NCBI GenBank assembly: GCA_964199315.1
Contig: OZ116706.1
Location: forward strand, 4,340,001-4,404,000
Length of the DNA stretch: 64,000 nt
Direction of reading: 5' to 3'
Source of the DNA: Orbicella franksi
Taxonomy: Eukaryota
A program made the translations under genes and the position numbers. The notes under the pieces are model-generated. The model searched no databases. It had not been told where the DNA came from and worked only from the letters and a program-made list of their open reading frames with translations. Position 1 is the first letter of the stretch, and the number at the start of each line of letters is the position of its first letter. Positions 37,101 to 49,665 of this stretch are shown in pieces.

Positions 37101-40100
37101 GATTATTGAGAAGGGCCACGCCTCCCAGATTCCACTTGTGGAAGCCCTACCTCCCCCTGGCCGTTCCTGGTATTTACCGCATTTCGCAACATATCATAAC
37201 ACAAAGCACGCTATCCGAGTGGTGTTCGACTCCAGTATCGAGTTTTAAGGGGTTTCACTGTACAAAGTGTTTTTACCTGGCCCTGACCTGATGAACAATC
37301 TCATTGGCGTACTAATGCGGTTCCGCAAGGAGAAAATCGCTGTAATGTGCGACGTGGAGCAGATGTTTCACTCGTTCTATGTCGACCCAGCACATAGGGA
37401 CTTCCTTCGTTTCCTATGGTTCGAAGGCAACGATCCATCAAAGCCCATAACGGAGTATAGAATGAACGTGCACCTGTTCGGCAACGGGCCCAGTCCCGCA
37501 GTCGCCACTTACGGACTTCGCAGAACGGCGTCCAACGGCGAGGAGGAGTACGGCGTGGAGGCCAAGAGATTTATTCACCGCAACTTCTACGTCGACGACG
37601 GCTTAGTTTCCATAACGAACACTCAACAAGCAATAGAGTTAGTGAAAAATGCACAGGCCTCACTAGTCACCGCTAACCTACGTCTTCACAAAGTCGTCTC
37701 GAACTCAGTAGAGGTCATGGAGGCCTTTCCCACCGAAGATCGAGCTAAGGACGTGCGTGACCTAGATCTGCGTCACGACAATCTTCCAGCGCAGCGATCA
37801 CTCGGAGTCTTCTGGAATCTGGAGATGGACGCCTTCACCTTTAAAGTGACCCTGCCGGAAAAGCCGTTCACCAGGAGAGGAGTCCTGTCCATTGTCAATT
37901 CAGTGTATGACCCGCTCGGTTTCGCAGTGCCAGTCATGCTCGATGGGAGAAAGATACTTCAGCAGCTCGTAGCCATGGGCCATCGGACCAGCCGGAACAA
38001 CACCCCACTGGACTGGGACGACCCCCTCCCTGCCGCAATGATGAACCGGTGGATGCGCTGGAGAGATTCTCTCACGGAGTTACAGCGCCTGCTCGTTCCT
38101 CGTTGTTACCACCCGAAGGATTTCGGCACGGTAGCCAAAGCGGAACTGCATGTCTTCTCCGACGCCAGTCAAGACGCTATAGGAGCAGCTCTTTATCTTC
38201 GCCAGTTTAACAAAGCGAACGAAGAGTCCACTTCTCTCGTCTAAGGCCAAGCCAGAGTTGCCCCAGCGCACCCGACAAGCATCCCTCGACTGGAACTATG
38301 CGTAGCAGTACTAGCCGTGCAAGCAGCTCAAGAGGTCCTCAAGGAGATCGATATGGAGATCGCTGGTGTAGCGTACTACACCGACTCAAAAGTAGTACTA
38401 GGCTACATTACGAACGAGAGCCGTCGTTTCTACGTCTACGTAGCCAACCGAGTACAGATGATTAGAAGTTTATCTACCCCTGAGCAGTGGAGATATGTAG
38501 AGAGTGAACGAAACCCCGCGGACTTAGCGACGCGCGGCGTGACCCCCCATTAAGCTAATGGAAACGAGCTGGCTCACCGGCCCGGAATACCTCAGAAAAC
38601 CAGAGGGTACCCCTCAAGCAGATGAAACATTCGAACTCAGCGCAAGGGACCCTGAAGTCCGCAAAGGAGTGTTCAGCGCCAAAGTGAAGACAACTAAAGA
38701 AAGGAGGTCGGACCTTGGAGCAGAAAGGTTTGAGAAGTTTTCCTCGCTGAAATCTCTGCAACGAGCGATCGCAAATCTAATCGTTGTAGTCAGAGAATTT
38801 AAGCGCCGGAGAGATGACGAAGCGACATCGGCCAAACCGAGGAGTAAACCAGATAAAGTACAAGGAAAACTCAGACCACCAACCTTGGAAGAGTACGATC
38901 AAGCCCTGCGTATCGTAATCAGCACCACGCAGAAAGCGGCATTTGGTGAGCTACTAACAACTGCAAGAATTGAGCCTGAGCTATCGAGGGAAGCCGAGAG
39001 TAGTGCCAAGAAAGCTCTCAAGGGATCGCAACTGTACCGTCTCCTCCCGTTCCTTGATGGCGACGGAATTCTGCGCGTCGGAGGCAGACTAAGAAGAGCA
39101 GAAATGGAGTACGGAGAGAAACACCCGATCGTGTTACCGAAGAATAACCATGTGTCACAACTAGTAGCGAAACATTACCACCTCAAAGTTCACCACCAAG
39201 GGAGGCAAATTACTGGAGGAGCAATTCGGCAAGCAGGATTCTGGCTTGTTGGAGGTCACGATACTGTGACGAAGATCATTGGAGCCTGTGTTCCTTACAA
39301 GAAACTAAAAGGACCACCCCTGGTTCAGCGCATGGCAGACCTCCCGCCCGATAGAACCGAAGTCTACCCCCCCTTCACTAACGTGGGCTTCGACGTCTTT
39401 GGCCCCTGGACGGTGCAAACGCGGAAAACGAGAGGAGGAGCCGCGAATGCTAAGAGGTGGGGCCTAGTGTTTACATGCCTCAGCAGTAGAGCCATCCACA
39501 TAGAGGTACTGGAGGCCATGGATGCCAGCGCATTTATCTGCGCGCTGAGGAGATTCTTCGCTTTACGCGGTCACGCCAAACTCTTTAGATGTGACCGTGG
39601 TACTAACTTCGTGGGAGCAAACACAGAGCTACAAGAAGCGGCGCCTGAGTTCGATGAGAAGAAGGTGGAGAAATTCGCGACGGAGCACGGATGCAAATGG
39701 GAGTTCAACCCTCCCCACGCATCACATTTCGGTGGCGTATGGGAGAAACAAATTGGCACCATACGACGTGTACTGGATGCTATGTTCGCTGAACTAGGCA
39801 AAACCCAACTTACGCACGAATTACTGGTCACGCTAATGGCCGAAGTGGTAGCCATAGTCAACGCCAGACCGATATCTGCACTGCCATCCGACAATGACGA
39901 TCTACAACCTCTGTCCCCTGCAATGCTACTCACGATGAAAACACGCCGAGCTGGACCCCCACCAGGCCAGTTCCTACGCGCCGACATCTATGCACGCCGT
40001 CGCTGGAGAAGGGTCCAGTTTCTAGCTGAGCAATTCTGGACAAGATGGCGACGAGAGTACTTACAAAGCCTACAGCCTCGACAGAAATGGACCGAGACGA

Positions 40101-40327
40101 GACGAGATTTACGCGTGGGGGACGTAGTGCTCGTGCGAGACGAGCAGCAGCATCGTAACAACTGGCCATTGGGAAGAGTAGGAGATGTGATACGAAGCGA
40201 GGACGACAGAGTTAGGAAAGTCAGGGTAGAGATCATCAAAGACGGAGAGAGGAAGGCGTATCTACGACCTATTAAGGAACTTATACTACTTCTGCCCGAT
40301 GATGGAGCCGAACCAAACTATGAGTGA
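34182..40327 (+). pseudogene. BEL/Pao gag-pol polyprotein, disrupted
   Basis: Gag with CCHC knuckles (CFRCFSPAHIASRC, CTICGDRRH), RT (FGNGPSPAVA, NFYVDD), RNase H (HVFSDAS, YTDSKVV), integrase (GFDVFGP, CDRGTNF, GVWEK). Premature stops at 34578, 37246 and 38242; frameshifts near 35620, 35775, 36270 and 38550. Confidence 0.92.
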
Positions 40328-40386
40328 CGTTAACACGAAGATTTAAAATAGCGGAGTAGCAAGGATTAGAATCCTTGGGCGAGGAG

Positions 40387-41024
40387 TGTCACGAGCGCTA
40401 TATAAACTGTCATAAATAGTCCTTTATTTAGATCATTAGGAAATAAGTCTTTGCCGGTTTTGTTTAGGCCATCGCCGTCGCCTTTTTGATTACCCTAGTT
40501 TCCTTTCAATTATCAGTCAATTCTCTTTTCTTGGATAGAACACCTGTTAGCCATATGCTTCCTGTTTGGCGACGTTCCACCGTTGAACGCCCTTCGTTTG
40601 CCACATCATAAGGAACGCCACTTTTAACTTTAGCCAGTCGGAGTTACGTTGTCATAGGAGAAAGAGGTGATCGGAGTTTATTAGTAGTCAGTCTTTACAC
40701 GCAACTATCGGAGTACCGTCGGAGCATTGGAGTTACCTTTTCTTTTTCAGCCTTTAACGCAGTACCGGACGTAAGTTCTACTCGTTTATATTCACCTTTT
40801 GGTTTTTCCTTTAACCACGCCTTTGTAGATCTTGTAAATTTTAGCTCTCTTTTAATTATGTATTGTAATCTACTCTGTAGTTTTCACCGCATATGTATAA
40901 TATTTGGGCAAGTCGACCTTAATAAATACTGTGCAAGTAAAGGCTGTCCAATTGTTCCACATCGTGCGGTTGACGCTCGACGATCTCAACGCGCACCACG
41001 TGCCAGCTACTTGGGTTCGTTACA
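40387..41024 (+). repeat. 3' LTR of BEL/Pao element
   Basis: TGTCACG...TTACA, 638 bp, followed by TSD AAAGG. Confidence 0.95.
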
Positions 41025-41271
41025 AAAGGAGAAAGTCACTCCAAAAAACGTTTCATAATTTTTTGTCAACGCTAATAAAAAACCTTGCACTAAGTCTAGC
41101 CACTCACAGAAGTTTCAGCCTTTAAAGTGCAGGTTTTCCTCATGAATTCGTCTCCAAAGAAGCCCAAAATGGCGATGAATCCTAATATAAACCACGGGAC
41201 TTGTAGGCTTAGGTTCCCTCTCAAGAAACACCAGATGATTGATTTGAATAAAGTAATTAATGACAAGCCTT

Positions 41272-42268
41272 GTTTAATAGTTACCGATAATACATATATG
41301 CTTTAAGTTTTTTCCTAAAACATGCCAATGATAAGAACCAGAAATTTCAGGTGAAGGAGAATTAAAAAATTTAGGACCTCGATAGAATACGGAGAATTGC
41401 CGGATATTTGTGCTACATAATGGTAGACGAAAGGACTTTGCATGTTTTGTATTGTAACAATGGATTTGGTTGTTTATTGTCGGAATATGTTCTCAAATTA
41501 TCGAGGGAAAATAGCGTTCTTAAACGAGAGCATCAACTGACCTAGATGCATTAAATGAATGTCTTGAAATATAGGCAAGTTAAGCTTCTTAAAACTTATG
41601 ATAAGTTCTGTATGAGCATTATAATAGGACTTGTCCACCATCCGAATCACACGTTTTTGCAATATTACAATTCTTTGCAGATTAGTTTTATAAGTTGATC
41701 CCCAGACTAGATTACAATAATTAGGGTATGGAAGTATCATTGAGCTATACAGCATGCGTCAAGAGAAGCCGCCGAGAAGGTGTTGAAAGATAAAAACTAG
41801 ATATAAAAATTATACCTATGGATTTAGATATTTTATCAGCTAGGCTAGATTTATGAGACTTCCAAGATAAGTTGTTATCTAAAACTACCCCAAGAAAGAC
41901 TGTTTCATTGACCGGTGCAATGGTTCTCTCATTAATAACTACATTAAAGTTAGACGCAGACTTGTTTTGCCGTGGTTTAATTCTGCAAAATTTGTTTTAG
42001 TTAAGTTCAAAGAGTCCGTTTGTCCTGAACCAATTTGACAGTTCAATGAATTCACAGTTTAAGAGTACTAATTAGGATATCTGGGTCTTTGTGCGAGATG
42101 AATAAATTCGTGCCGTCTGCGAATAAGTTTGACTCGAGGTTTGAAACATTGTTCAAGTCATTTATGTATAGGATAAAAAATAGCGGGTCTAGAATTGACC
42201 CTTACGGAACCCCACAGTAGATCTAATGGGGGTTGATCTCAGTCCATTATATTCAACAAATGGTTTCC
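41272..42268 (-). mobile_element. 5'-truncated CR1/L2-group LINE (RT C-terminal part), decayed
   Basis: Minus strand: GVP*GSILDPLFFILYINDLNNVSN...LFADGTNLF, then YCNLVWGSTYKTNLQRIVILQKRVIR and NQIHCYNTK...FRLPLC; 10-bp TSD GACAAGCCTT (41262-41271, 42269-42278). Confidence 0.85.
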
Positions 42269-42674
42269 GACAAGCCTTTTAACTACCAGTCTGGGTCATG
42301 GCTGCTCTTGAGCCATATTATTTTGAGCCAAATATGCTCCAAACTCCGAAATGATAGCGTTGAAAATAGTGAAGTGGATAATCGTTTGGACAAAAATAGA
42401 TTTTGCTGACCTTGTGAAGGATGCCAAGTCAGTTGCAGGTTTTTCCTCTTTCCCGACAATTTCGAGTCGGACGGAATGACGTCACATGACACGGCCTAGC
42501 TGCCAAGACAGTTTCAAAATGGCGGAATCCGAAGTCGCTTCTTTCGAGACGAATTTCTTCAGGATAGCGGGAACTTAAGAGGCTAAAACTTCGGAGAGTA
42601 GAGAAGCTGAATGCTTACTTGCTATAGGCGAAGACAAAAAAAAGTAAGCTCTTTGGAGTGACCTTTTCCTTTGA

Positions 42675-45190
42675 ACTAGCCTGTTTCAGGTGTTCAGTCA
42701 GTTGGGGTGCACCGAGAAAAGAGGAGAGCATAAAAAGGAAAGAGGGGTTTGCTGCGAGGAGCTTTCTCGCGTCGCACTCCTCGCTGTTTTCTCTCGCCGT
42801 TTTTTGCAAAAACCTGGAAGAGGCTTCTTGTAAACTGATTCAACCAAAATTATCGCTTGCGATGCTTGAAGGAGGACGCAACTCGAACCAGTGTCTACAA
42901 CATCATATGTCCTTTGACGAGAATAACAAATAGTACACGTCTGCGCGCAGACTAGGCCACTGAATAAATATGTATTTTTCCTCAGCAGTGCACGTTCACA
43001 AAACGACTACTTGGACGTTACATAACATCTCAGAATAGAACTGTTTCCCACCAGAAGTCTCTGAGCGGGCTGAAATATATTACGTCATAACGTAACATAC
43101 AGTGCACGGTCGCCGTTGCACGTGAATAGTCCTTTCCAATAATGCTTGGTTTCGCCGCGGGACTACTCCAGATTTCGTCGCGCGTCGCGCGAAGATTGCT
43201 CTCTCGATTCGCTCGAGGGAGACAAAAGCAAAGGTCGACTTACGGGCAAGTCTACACGTGAACAGAGCGTGAATTTATCATGAAGGTGGAATGACTATCA
43301 GCGCAGTTTTGAAAGCCACCCAAAAGAGTCAAAGTCCATACAGTTGTTTTCAAAGTTTTCAAAGTTGCTGACTTGCAAATGGCGACTGTTCCACGCTTTG
43401 GTGATGTGCCTCGACAAGAAATTGTCGGCCATGGGGCCTTGTGGAAGAGAAAGATTCAAAAAAAAGACAATTTCATTGGTGACAAAAACAGCCTTACCCA
43501 CATTCAGAGCTTTCTGTGAAGGAAATTATCCTAAAAAATACCGCCATTTTGACGAAATTTCTAAAGAAGGTAGAACGAAACGAAATCCATGTTGATCTAG
43601 TTTTGAATTGTTGTGAGTTAATTCAAAGGAAAAAAACTTGAGGTCAGCACAAGAGGACAGCACTAACACAATCATTCGCTTTGCCCTGCAGCGATATTCC
43701 ATCCCTTTTGAAAAGAGGTTTGACATCATTGCCAACCATGCTAGTTACGAAGTCTTACCGAGTCTATGAAGTGGTTGTGGTTCAACTTAAACGCCAAGGG
43801 TTTGTCAAAGTCAACCATCGTGAACCAATAAAGTAAGAGGACTTGGTGAAATTTTATTCGTCATATGATCAGTCATCACAAACACGAAGTCACTGTAGCA
43901 CCTCGTTTGGCTTATCATAATTTAACAGAAGAAGAGGAACAGGAAGAGAGAATCTTCGCCTTCACACACGAACCATGTCGTTTGCAGTCAGAGTTTGCGC
44001 TGCCCAGTAGCTGGTTGAACACGACAGAAAGCACAGGCAAAAACTATGACCCATTTGACTTTTCAGGGCATGGAATAACGTACAAAAAAACGCAAAAAAC
44101 AGAGACAATCCAAACGTATTCGTAGTAAGGGCATGCATTTGATCTCATCAAAATTTCGTTCGTACACTCCTGTACTGTGGCAAACGCCCAGGTCTCTCGA
44201 TAACTGACTTAAGTAAATCCGTTACTGTTTGGTACTGCAATATTCCTCTAGCTAGGACAAATGGAACATTTTCTGTTGATTGTAAGTAAGTGAATGTCAT
44301 AATCTCTTATTGTAAGTTCTTTCAAGAGTACCACAGTTGTATGAGATCAGTCGACAGCAGTACCACTGATCTGTTCTTCATAAGAGAAATGTTGAAGCTC
44401 AGCATAATGTGCAAGTGTCCGGACACAAAAGTTAGACTACCATCAGGTCTTACAGTCGGCAACTAACGGGATCTAAAACAATAGAAACATTACAAGCTTT
44501 AACATCTTTTCTTGCTCAAAACAGCACTAAAATTATACCAGTGGGAGCTGAAGCTGAACAAAGTAAGCTGCCTTAAAAGTAGTCTGATTCTCAGACGTCC
44601 GGAGAGAGGGGCCGCGAACGACCTCGGACGTCTGAAAATCAGGCTACCTTAAAAGTTGCCGTTACGGTAGTCAAGGAACAGTTCACTCCCATTAGCGAAG
44701 CTTTTTTCACCTGGTTGTTACATTGCAGTGAATTACCATTATTATTCAAGGAAACATCATATGTAGCTAAGTGTTTTATTTCCTATTTTGAAGACTTTAT
44801 TTCGTTTTAGTTGTACTTTTTTTTGCAGTATTTTGCGCTCTTATGCTCCGACATGTAGTTAATCAATAAAAGGTCGATTTGTTTTGACTACATCGCATCT
44901 TCTAGTGTCGTGCTACACATCGCCAAGCAAAAACATTGAGAATCTTCGGAAACAAATTTGACTGTTTGCCTTGTTGTGAAATAGATTTTAGTTTTAGCAA
45001 GCGACCAGCAGTGGTTTTGTGGAGAGCCGGTAATTTGAGGGGCCAGGGAGTTTGGGAGAATTCGTAACACAGCGAAAACGTATCCGCTGAAAAGCAAGAA
45101 GTTGCGTGACCCTAGCTATCTAAGAAGGGGTTGGAACTAACCCCCCTCTCTCCCCCGTTCCCCATCTGAATACCATACTCATTCTTATGA
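42675..45190 (+). mobile_element. Crypton-like tyrosine-recombinase unit 1 (pseudogenised)
   Basis: ATG at 43379 (MATVPRFGDVPRQEI), IIRFALQRY, KRQGFVKVNHREP, GRENLR, DPFDFSGHG, VSGHKS*TTIRSYSRQ, AATAAA at 44865. Several frameshifts. Confidence 0.68.
44580..44646. mobile_element. 67-bp hairpin mini-element with 9-bp TSD
   Basis: 22-bp TIR TAGTCTGATTCTCAGACGTCCG / CGGACGTCTGAAAATCAGGCTA; TSD CCTTAAAAG (44571-44579, 44647-44655); the empty site is present in units 2 and 3. Confidence 0.82.
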
Positions 45191-47420
45191 ACTACACACT
45201 CTTTCAGGCGTTCAGTTAGTTGGGGTGCAGGGCGAAAAAGGCAGAACAATAAAAAAGGAAAGTGAGGCATGGTGTGAGTAGCTTTCCCGCGCCGCACTCC
45301 TCACTGTTTTCTCTCGCCATTTTTTGCACCGCTTCCAAACTGAAGCCTGAATTTTACCAAAATGTGTCTACTGTTTACTATAAATCCTTTGACGAGAAAA
45401 AGTAATCGCACAAGTCTGCACGCAGGCTAGGCCACTGAACAAATAGGAAATTTTTCAAAACAGTGCGTGTTCAAAAAATGACCACAGCTTCGAGGTCACA
45501 TAACATCCTAGAATAGAACTGTTTCCCGCCAAAAGTCTCTGAGCGGACGGTGACACTGCAAAATCTGTTACGTCATAGCGTAACAGTGTGCGGTCGCCAT
45601 TTCACGTGAACAGAGCGTGGATTGATCATCAGTGGTCGCATGACTATCAACGCGGTTTTCAAAGTCAAAGGCAGAGAGTCAAAGTCCTTACGGTTGTTTT
45701 CAAAGTTTTGCAAAGTGACTGAATTGCAAATGGCGACTGCTTCACGCTTTGGTGATGTGCCGCGACAAGAAATTGCCTGCCACTGGGGCCTTGTGGAAGG
45801 CTAGATAGATTCCAGAAAGAGACAATTGGTGAGAAAACAGCCTTACCCATATTCAAAGCCTTCTTTGAAGCCGAAATTATCCTGAAAAAGACCGTGATTT
45901 GGACGAAATTTGACTAATAACAAGGTAGGACGAAACGAAATCCTTGATAATTTTTGTTGTAAGTTTTCATTTAAAGGAAACAAAACTTGAGGTAAGTGTA
46001 AGACGACAGCACTAACACAATCATTCGCTTTGGCCTTCAGCGATATTCCATCCTGAAAAGAGGTTTGACATCATTACCAGCCACCGAATCTATCAAGCAG
46101 TTGTGGTTCAACTTAAACGATAAGGGTTCGTCAAAGTCGACCATCGTGAACCAATAAAGTAAGAGGACTTGGTTAAATTCTATTCGTCAAATGATCAGTC
46201 ATCACAAACCTCCTAAGTCACTGCAGCACTTTGTTTGGCTTAACATGATTTATCAGTTTATTCGAAGAGGAAGAGAGCATCCTCGCCTTCACACACGAAC
46301 CATGTCGTTTGCAGTCAGGGTTGGCGTGGCACAACGTCAGCAAGATTACCTCTGCTAGTAAATGGCTGAACTCGACGGAAACTGGCAAAACGATGGCCTG
46401 TTTGACTTTTCAGGGCATGGAATAATGTACGAAAGAACGTGAGCAATCCAAAATTAATCTGATGCGCAGTAAGCTAAGGCAAGCATTTGAGCATATGATG
46501 CAAAACTTGCTGTACTGTGGCAAACGCCCAGATCTCGATAACTGACTTTAGGAATTGGTACTGCAATTCGGCAGTAGGTAAGAAAAATGAAACATTTTCT
46601 GTTGATTGTAAGCTCTTTCAAGAGTGACCACAGTTGTATAAGATCAGTCGAGAGCAGCTGTATCACTGAACTCAGCTGTTGTTCACAACAGAATGTTGAA
46701 GCTCAGCACAGTCGTGCAAGTGTCCGGGCACAAAAGTAAGCCGACCACCAACAGGTCTTAAGGTCCGCAACTAACTATCACAAACTTTAACATCTTTCCT
46801 TGTCCAAAATAGCACTAAAATTATTCCGGCGGGACTGAAACTGAACAAAGTGAGTTGCTTTAAAGTTGCCGTTAGGGTAGTCAAGAAACAGTTCACTCCC
46901 ATTAGCGGAGCTTTTTCATCTGTTTGTTATATTGCTAAGGAAACATCGTTGTAGCTAACTGCTTTGCCTATTCAGTTTAAACATTTTTGCTCGTTCTAGT
47001 TTATCTTTTGTACATTTTAGTTCTGCAGTATTTTACGCTCTTATGGTCCGACTTAACTTTATCAATAAAAAGTCGATTTGTTTTCAGTACGTTGTACCTT
47101 CTTATGACCTTGTTGTGTTACATATCGCCTAGGAAAAACACTGAGATTTTCGAGAAAAAAAATTGACTGTTTGCCCCGTTATTCATTTAAAAACGTTTAA
47201 GCAAGCGGCCTAGAGTGGCTTTCAGTGTAGAGAGCTAGAGCCGGGAATTAGAGGGGGCAGGGAGTTTGGGAGAATTCGCACCATAGCGGGAACGTATCTT
47301 GAAAAGCAAGAAGTGACGTAAACCCATCTAAGAGGGCGCAGGAACCAGACAGGGGATGGGACGCTTAATTACCCTGCTCCCTATCTGAATACCCTACACT
47401 GCATACCATTCTTTTAAACT
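45191..47420 (+). mobile_element. Crypton-like tyrosine-recombinase unit 2 (pseudogenised)
   Basis: ATG at 45730 (MATASRFGDVPRQEIA), PKSLQHFVWLN, IRRGRE, VSGHKS, AATAAA at 47064; colinear with units 1 and 3. Confidence 0.68.
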
Positions 47421-49665
47421 GGGCTAAGCCTCTTTCAGGCGTTCAGTTAGCTGGGGTGCAGCGCGAAAAGCGGCTAGCAGAAAAAGGAAAGAGAGGCTTG
47501 GTGTGAGGAGCTTTCAAGCGCCGCACTCCTCATTGTTTTCTCTCGGCGCTTTTTTTTTTTGGTACCACTTTTAAACGCCTGCAAACTAAACCAAAATTAA
47601 CTCTTGCGATCCTTGGACGACACAACCCGAACCAGTGTCTACTACAAGTGCTTTGACGAGAAAAAGAAATAATAGACGCCTGCACGCAGCCTAGGCCACT
47701 GAATGAATAGGAATTTTTCCTCAACAGTGCGCGCTCACAAAATAACTACTTGGAGGTCATTTTCTCACTAGGTCACATAACAACTATTTTCCGCCAAAAG
47801 TCTCTGAGCGGGCGGCGACATTCCAAAATATATTACGTCATAGCGTAACAGTGCGCGGTTGCCGCAGCACGTGAACAGTGCGTGGATTGATCATGAAGAT
47901 GGCATGACTTTTCTATCAGCGCAGTTTTCAAAGTCAAAGGAGTCAAAGTCCTTATGGTTGTTTTCGAAGTTTTGCAAAGTGACTGAATTGCAAATGGCGA
48001 CTGCTTCACGCTTTGGTGATGTGCCCCGACGAGAAATTGCCGGCCATGGGGCCTTGTGGAAGGCTAGAAAGATTCCAAAAAGAGACAATTGGTGGCAAAA
48101 ACAGCCTTACCTGCATCCAAAGCCTTCTGCGAAGGAAATCATACTGAAAAAGACCGTGATTTTGACGAAATTTGATAAGAAGGTAGAACGAAACGAAATC
48201 CATGCCGATTTTTGTCAATGTAAGTTTTAAATCAAAGGAAACAAAACTTGAGGCAAGTACAAGAAGGCAGCACTAACACAATCATTCGCTTTGGCCTGCA
48301 GCGATATTCCATCCTGAAGAGCCGGTTTGACATCATTGCAAACCATGCTCAGTTTATGAAGTCTTACCGAGTCTTCAGTGGATCAGTTGTGGTTCAACTT
48401 AAACGACAAGGGCTCGTCAAAGTCGACCATCGTGTCTCAATGAAGTAAGAGGACTTGGTGAGAATTCAGTTCGTCAAATCATCAGTCATCACAAAACCCC
48501 TAAGTCACTGCAGTACTTCGTTTGACGTAACATTCATTTAACAGTTTATTCGAAGAGGAAGAGAGACTTCTCACCTTCACAGACGAAGCATGACGTTTGC
48601 AGTCAGGGTTGTCGTGGCCGACAGTCAATAAGATTACATCTACTAGTAGTTTCCTGAACTCGACGGAAATTACTGGCAAAGTGATGACCCATTTGACTTT
48701 TCAGGGCATGGAATAATGTACGAAAGAACGCGAACAATCCAAAATAAATATGCCCAGTAAGCTAGGCCATGCATTTGAGCTTATGATGCAAAAGGCTTGC
48801 TGTACTGTGGCAAACGCCCAGGTCTCACGTTAACTGACTTTATTAAATCTGTCAGTCAATTCGCCTGTAGGTAAGAAAAATGGAGCATTTTATGTTGTAA
48901 GCTCTTTCAAGAATACCACAGTTGCATAAGATCAGTCTACAGCAGTACCACTGATCTGTTCTTCACAAGAGAAATGTTGAAGCTCAGCATAATGTGCAAG
49001 TGTCCGGGCACAATGGTGAGACTACCATCAGGTCTTACAGTCGGCAACTAACGGGATCTAAAACAAGAGACACATCACAAACTTTAACATCTTTCCTTGC
49101 TCAAAATAGCACTGAAATTATTCCAGTGGGAGCTGAGGCTGAACGGAATAGGCTTCCTTAAAAGTTGCCGTTACGGTAGTCAAGAAAAAGCTCACTCCAT
49201 TAGCGGAGCTTTTTCATCTGGTTAAAATGTCAAGGAAACATGGTTGAAGCGAAGTGTTTTGCTTATTTCTTTTAACATTTTAGTTCGTTTTAGTTTATCA
49301 TTTTGTACATTTTAGTTTTGCAGTATTTTATGCTGTTATGGTCTGACATGTAGTTTATCAATAAAAAGTCGATTTGTTTTCAGTACACTGTATTTTCTTA
49401 TGACCTTGTTGTGCTACATATCGCCAAGGAAAAACATTCAGATTCTCGGGAAACAAAAGTGACTGTTTTCTCCACCATGAATTAAACGTTTTAGTGAGCG
49501 ACCAACAGTGGTTTTGCAGAGAGCCAGGAATTAGAGGGGCCAGGGAATCGTCGAGAATTCCCATTCTAGCGAGAACTCACCCCGAAAAGCAAGAAGTGGC
49601 GTGACCCTCTCTGAGGAGAGGCAGGAAATAAACCCCTTGTTCCCCATCTGAATACCATACGCAGA
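47421..49665 (+). mobile_element. Crypton-like tyrosine-recombinase unit 3 (pseudogenised)
   Basis: ATG at 47994 (MATASRFGDVPRREIA), IIRFGLQRY...FDIIANHAQFMKSYRVF...VVVQLKRQGLVKVDH, IRRGRE, DDPFDFSGHGIMYER, HSCIRS, VSGHNGETTIRSYSRQ, AATAAA at 49360. Confidence 0.7.

Larger units (their letters stand above)
33489..41024 (+). mobile_element. Full-length BEL/Pao LTR retrotransposon (7536 bp), decayed
   Basis: Two 638-bp LTRs, 5-bp TSD AAAGG (33484-33488, 41025-41029), PPT TTGGGCGAGGAG before the 3' LTR; domain order gag-(PR)-RT-RH-IN. Confidence 0.95.
33486..42670. mobile_element. Non-autonomous Kolobok-like DNA transposon (about 640 bp net), interrupted by BEL and LINE insertions
   Basis: Removing BEL restores the left end TTAA|AGGAGAAAGTCACTCCAAA; the right end TTTGGAGTGACCTTTTCCT|TTGA is a 17/19 inverted match. 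A TTAA TSD with purine-starting TIRs fits Kolobok. Confidence 0.6.

Noticed and set aside
34703-40239. Numerous antisense and alternate-frame ORFs within BEL
   Set aside because: Shadow ORFs of a GC-rich coding strand.
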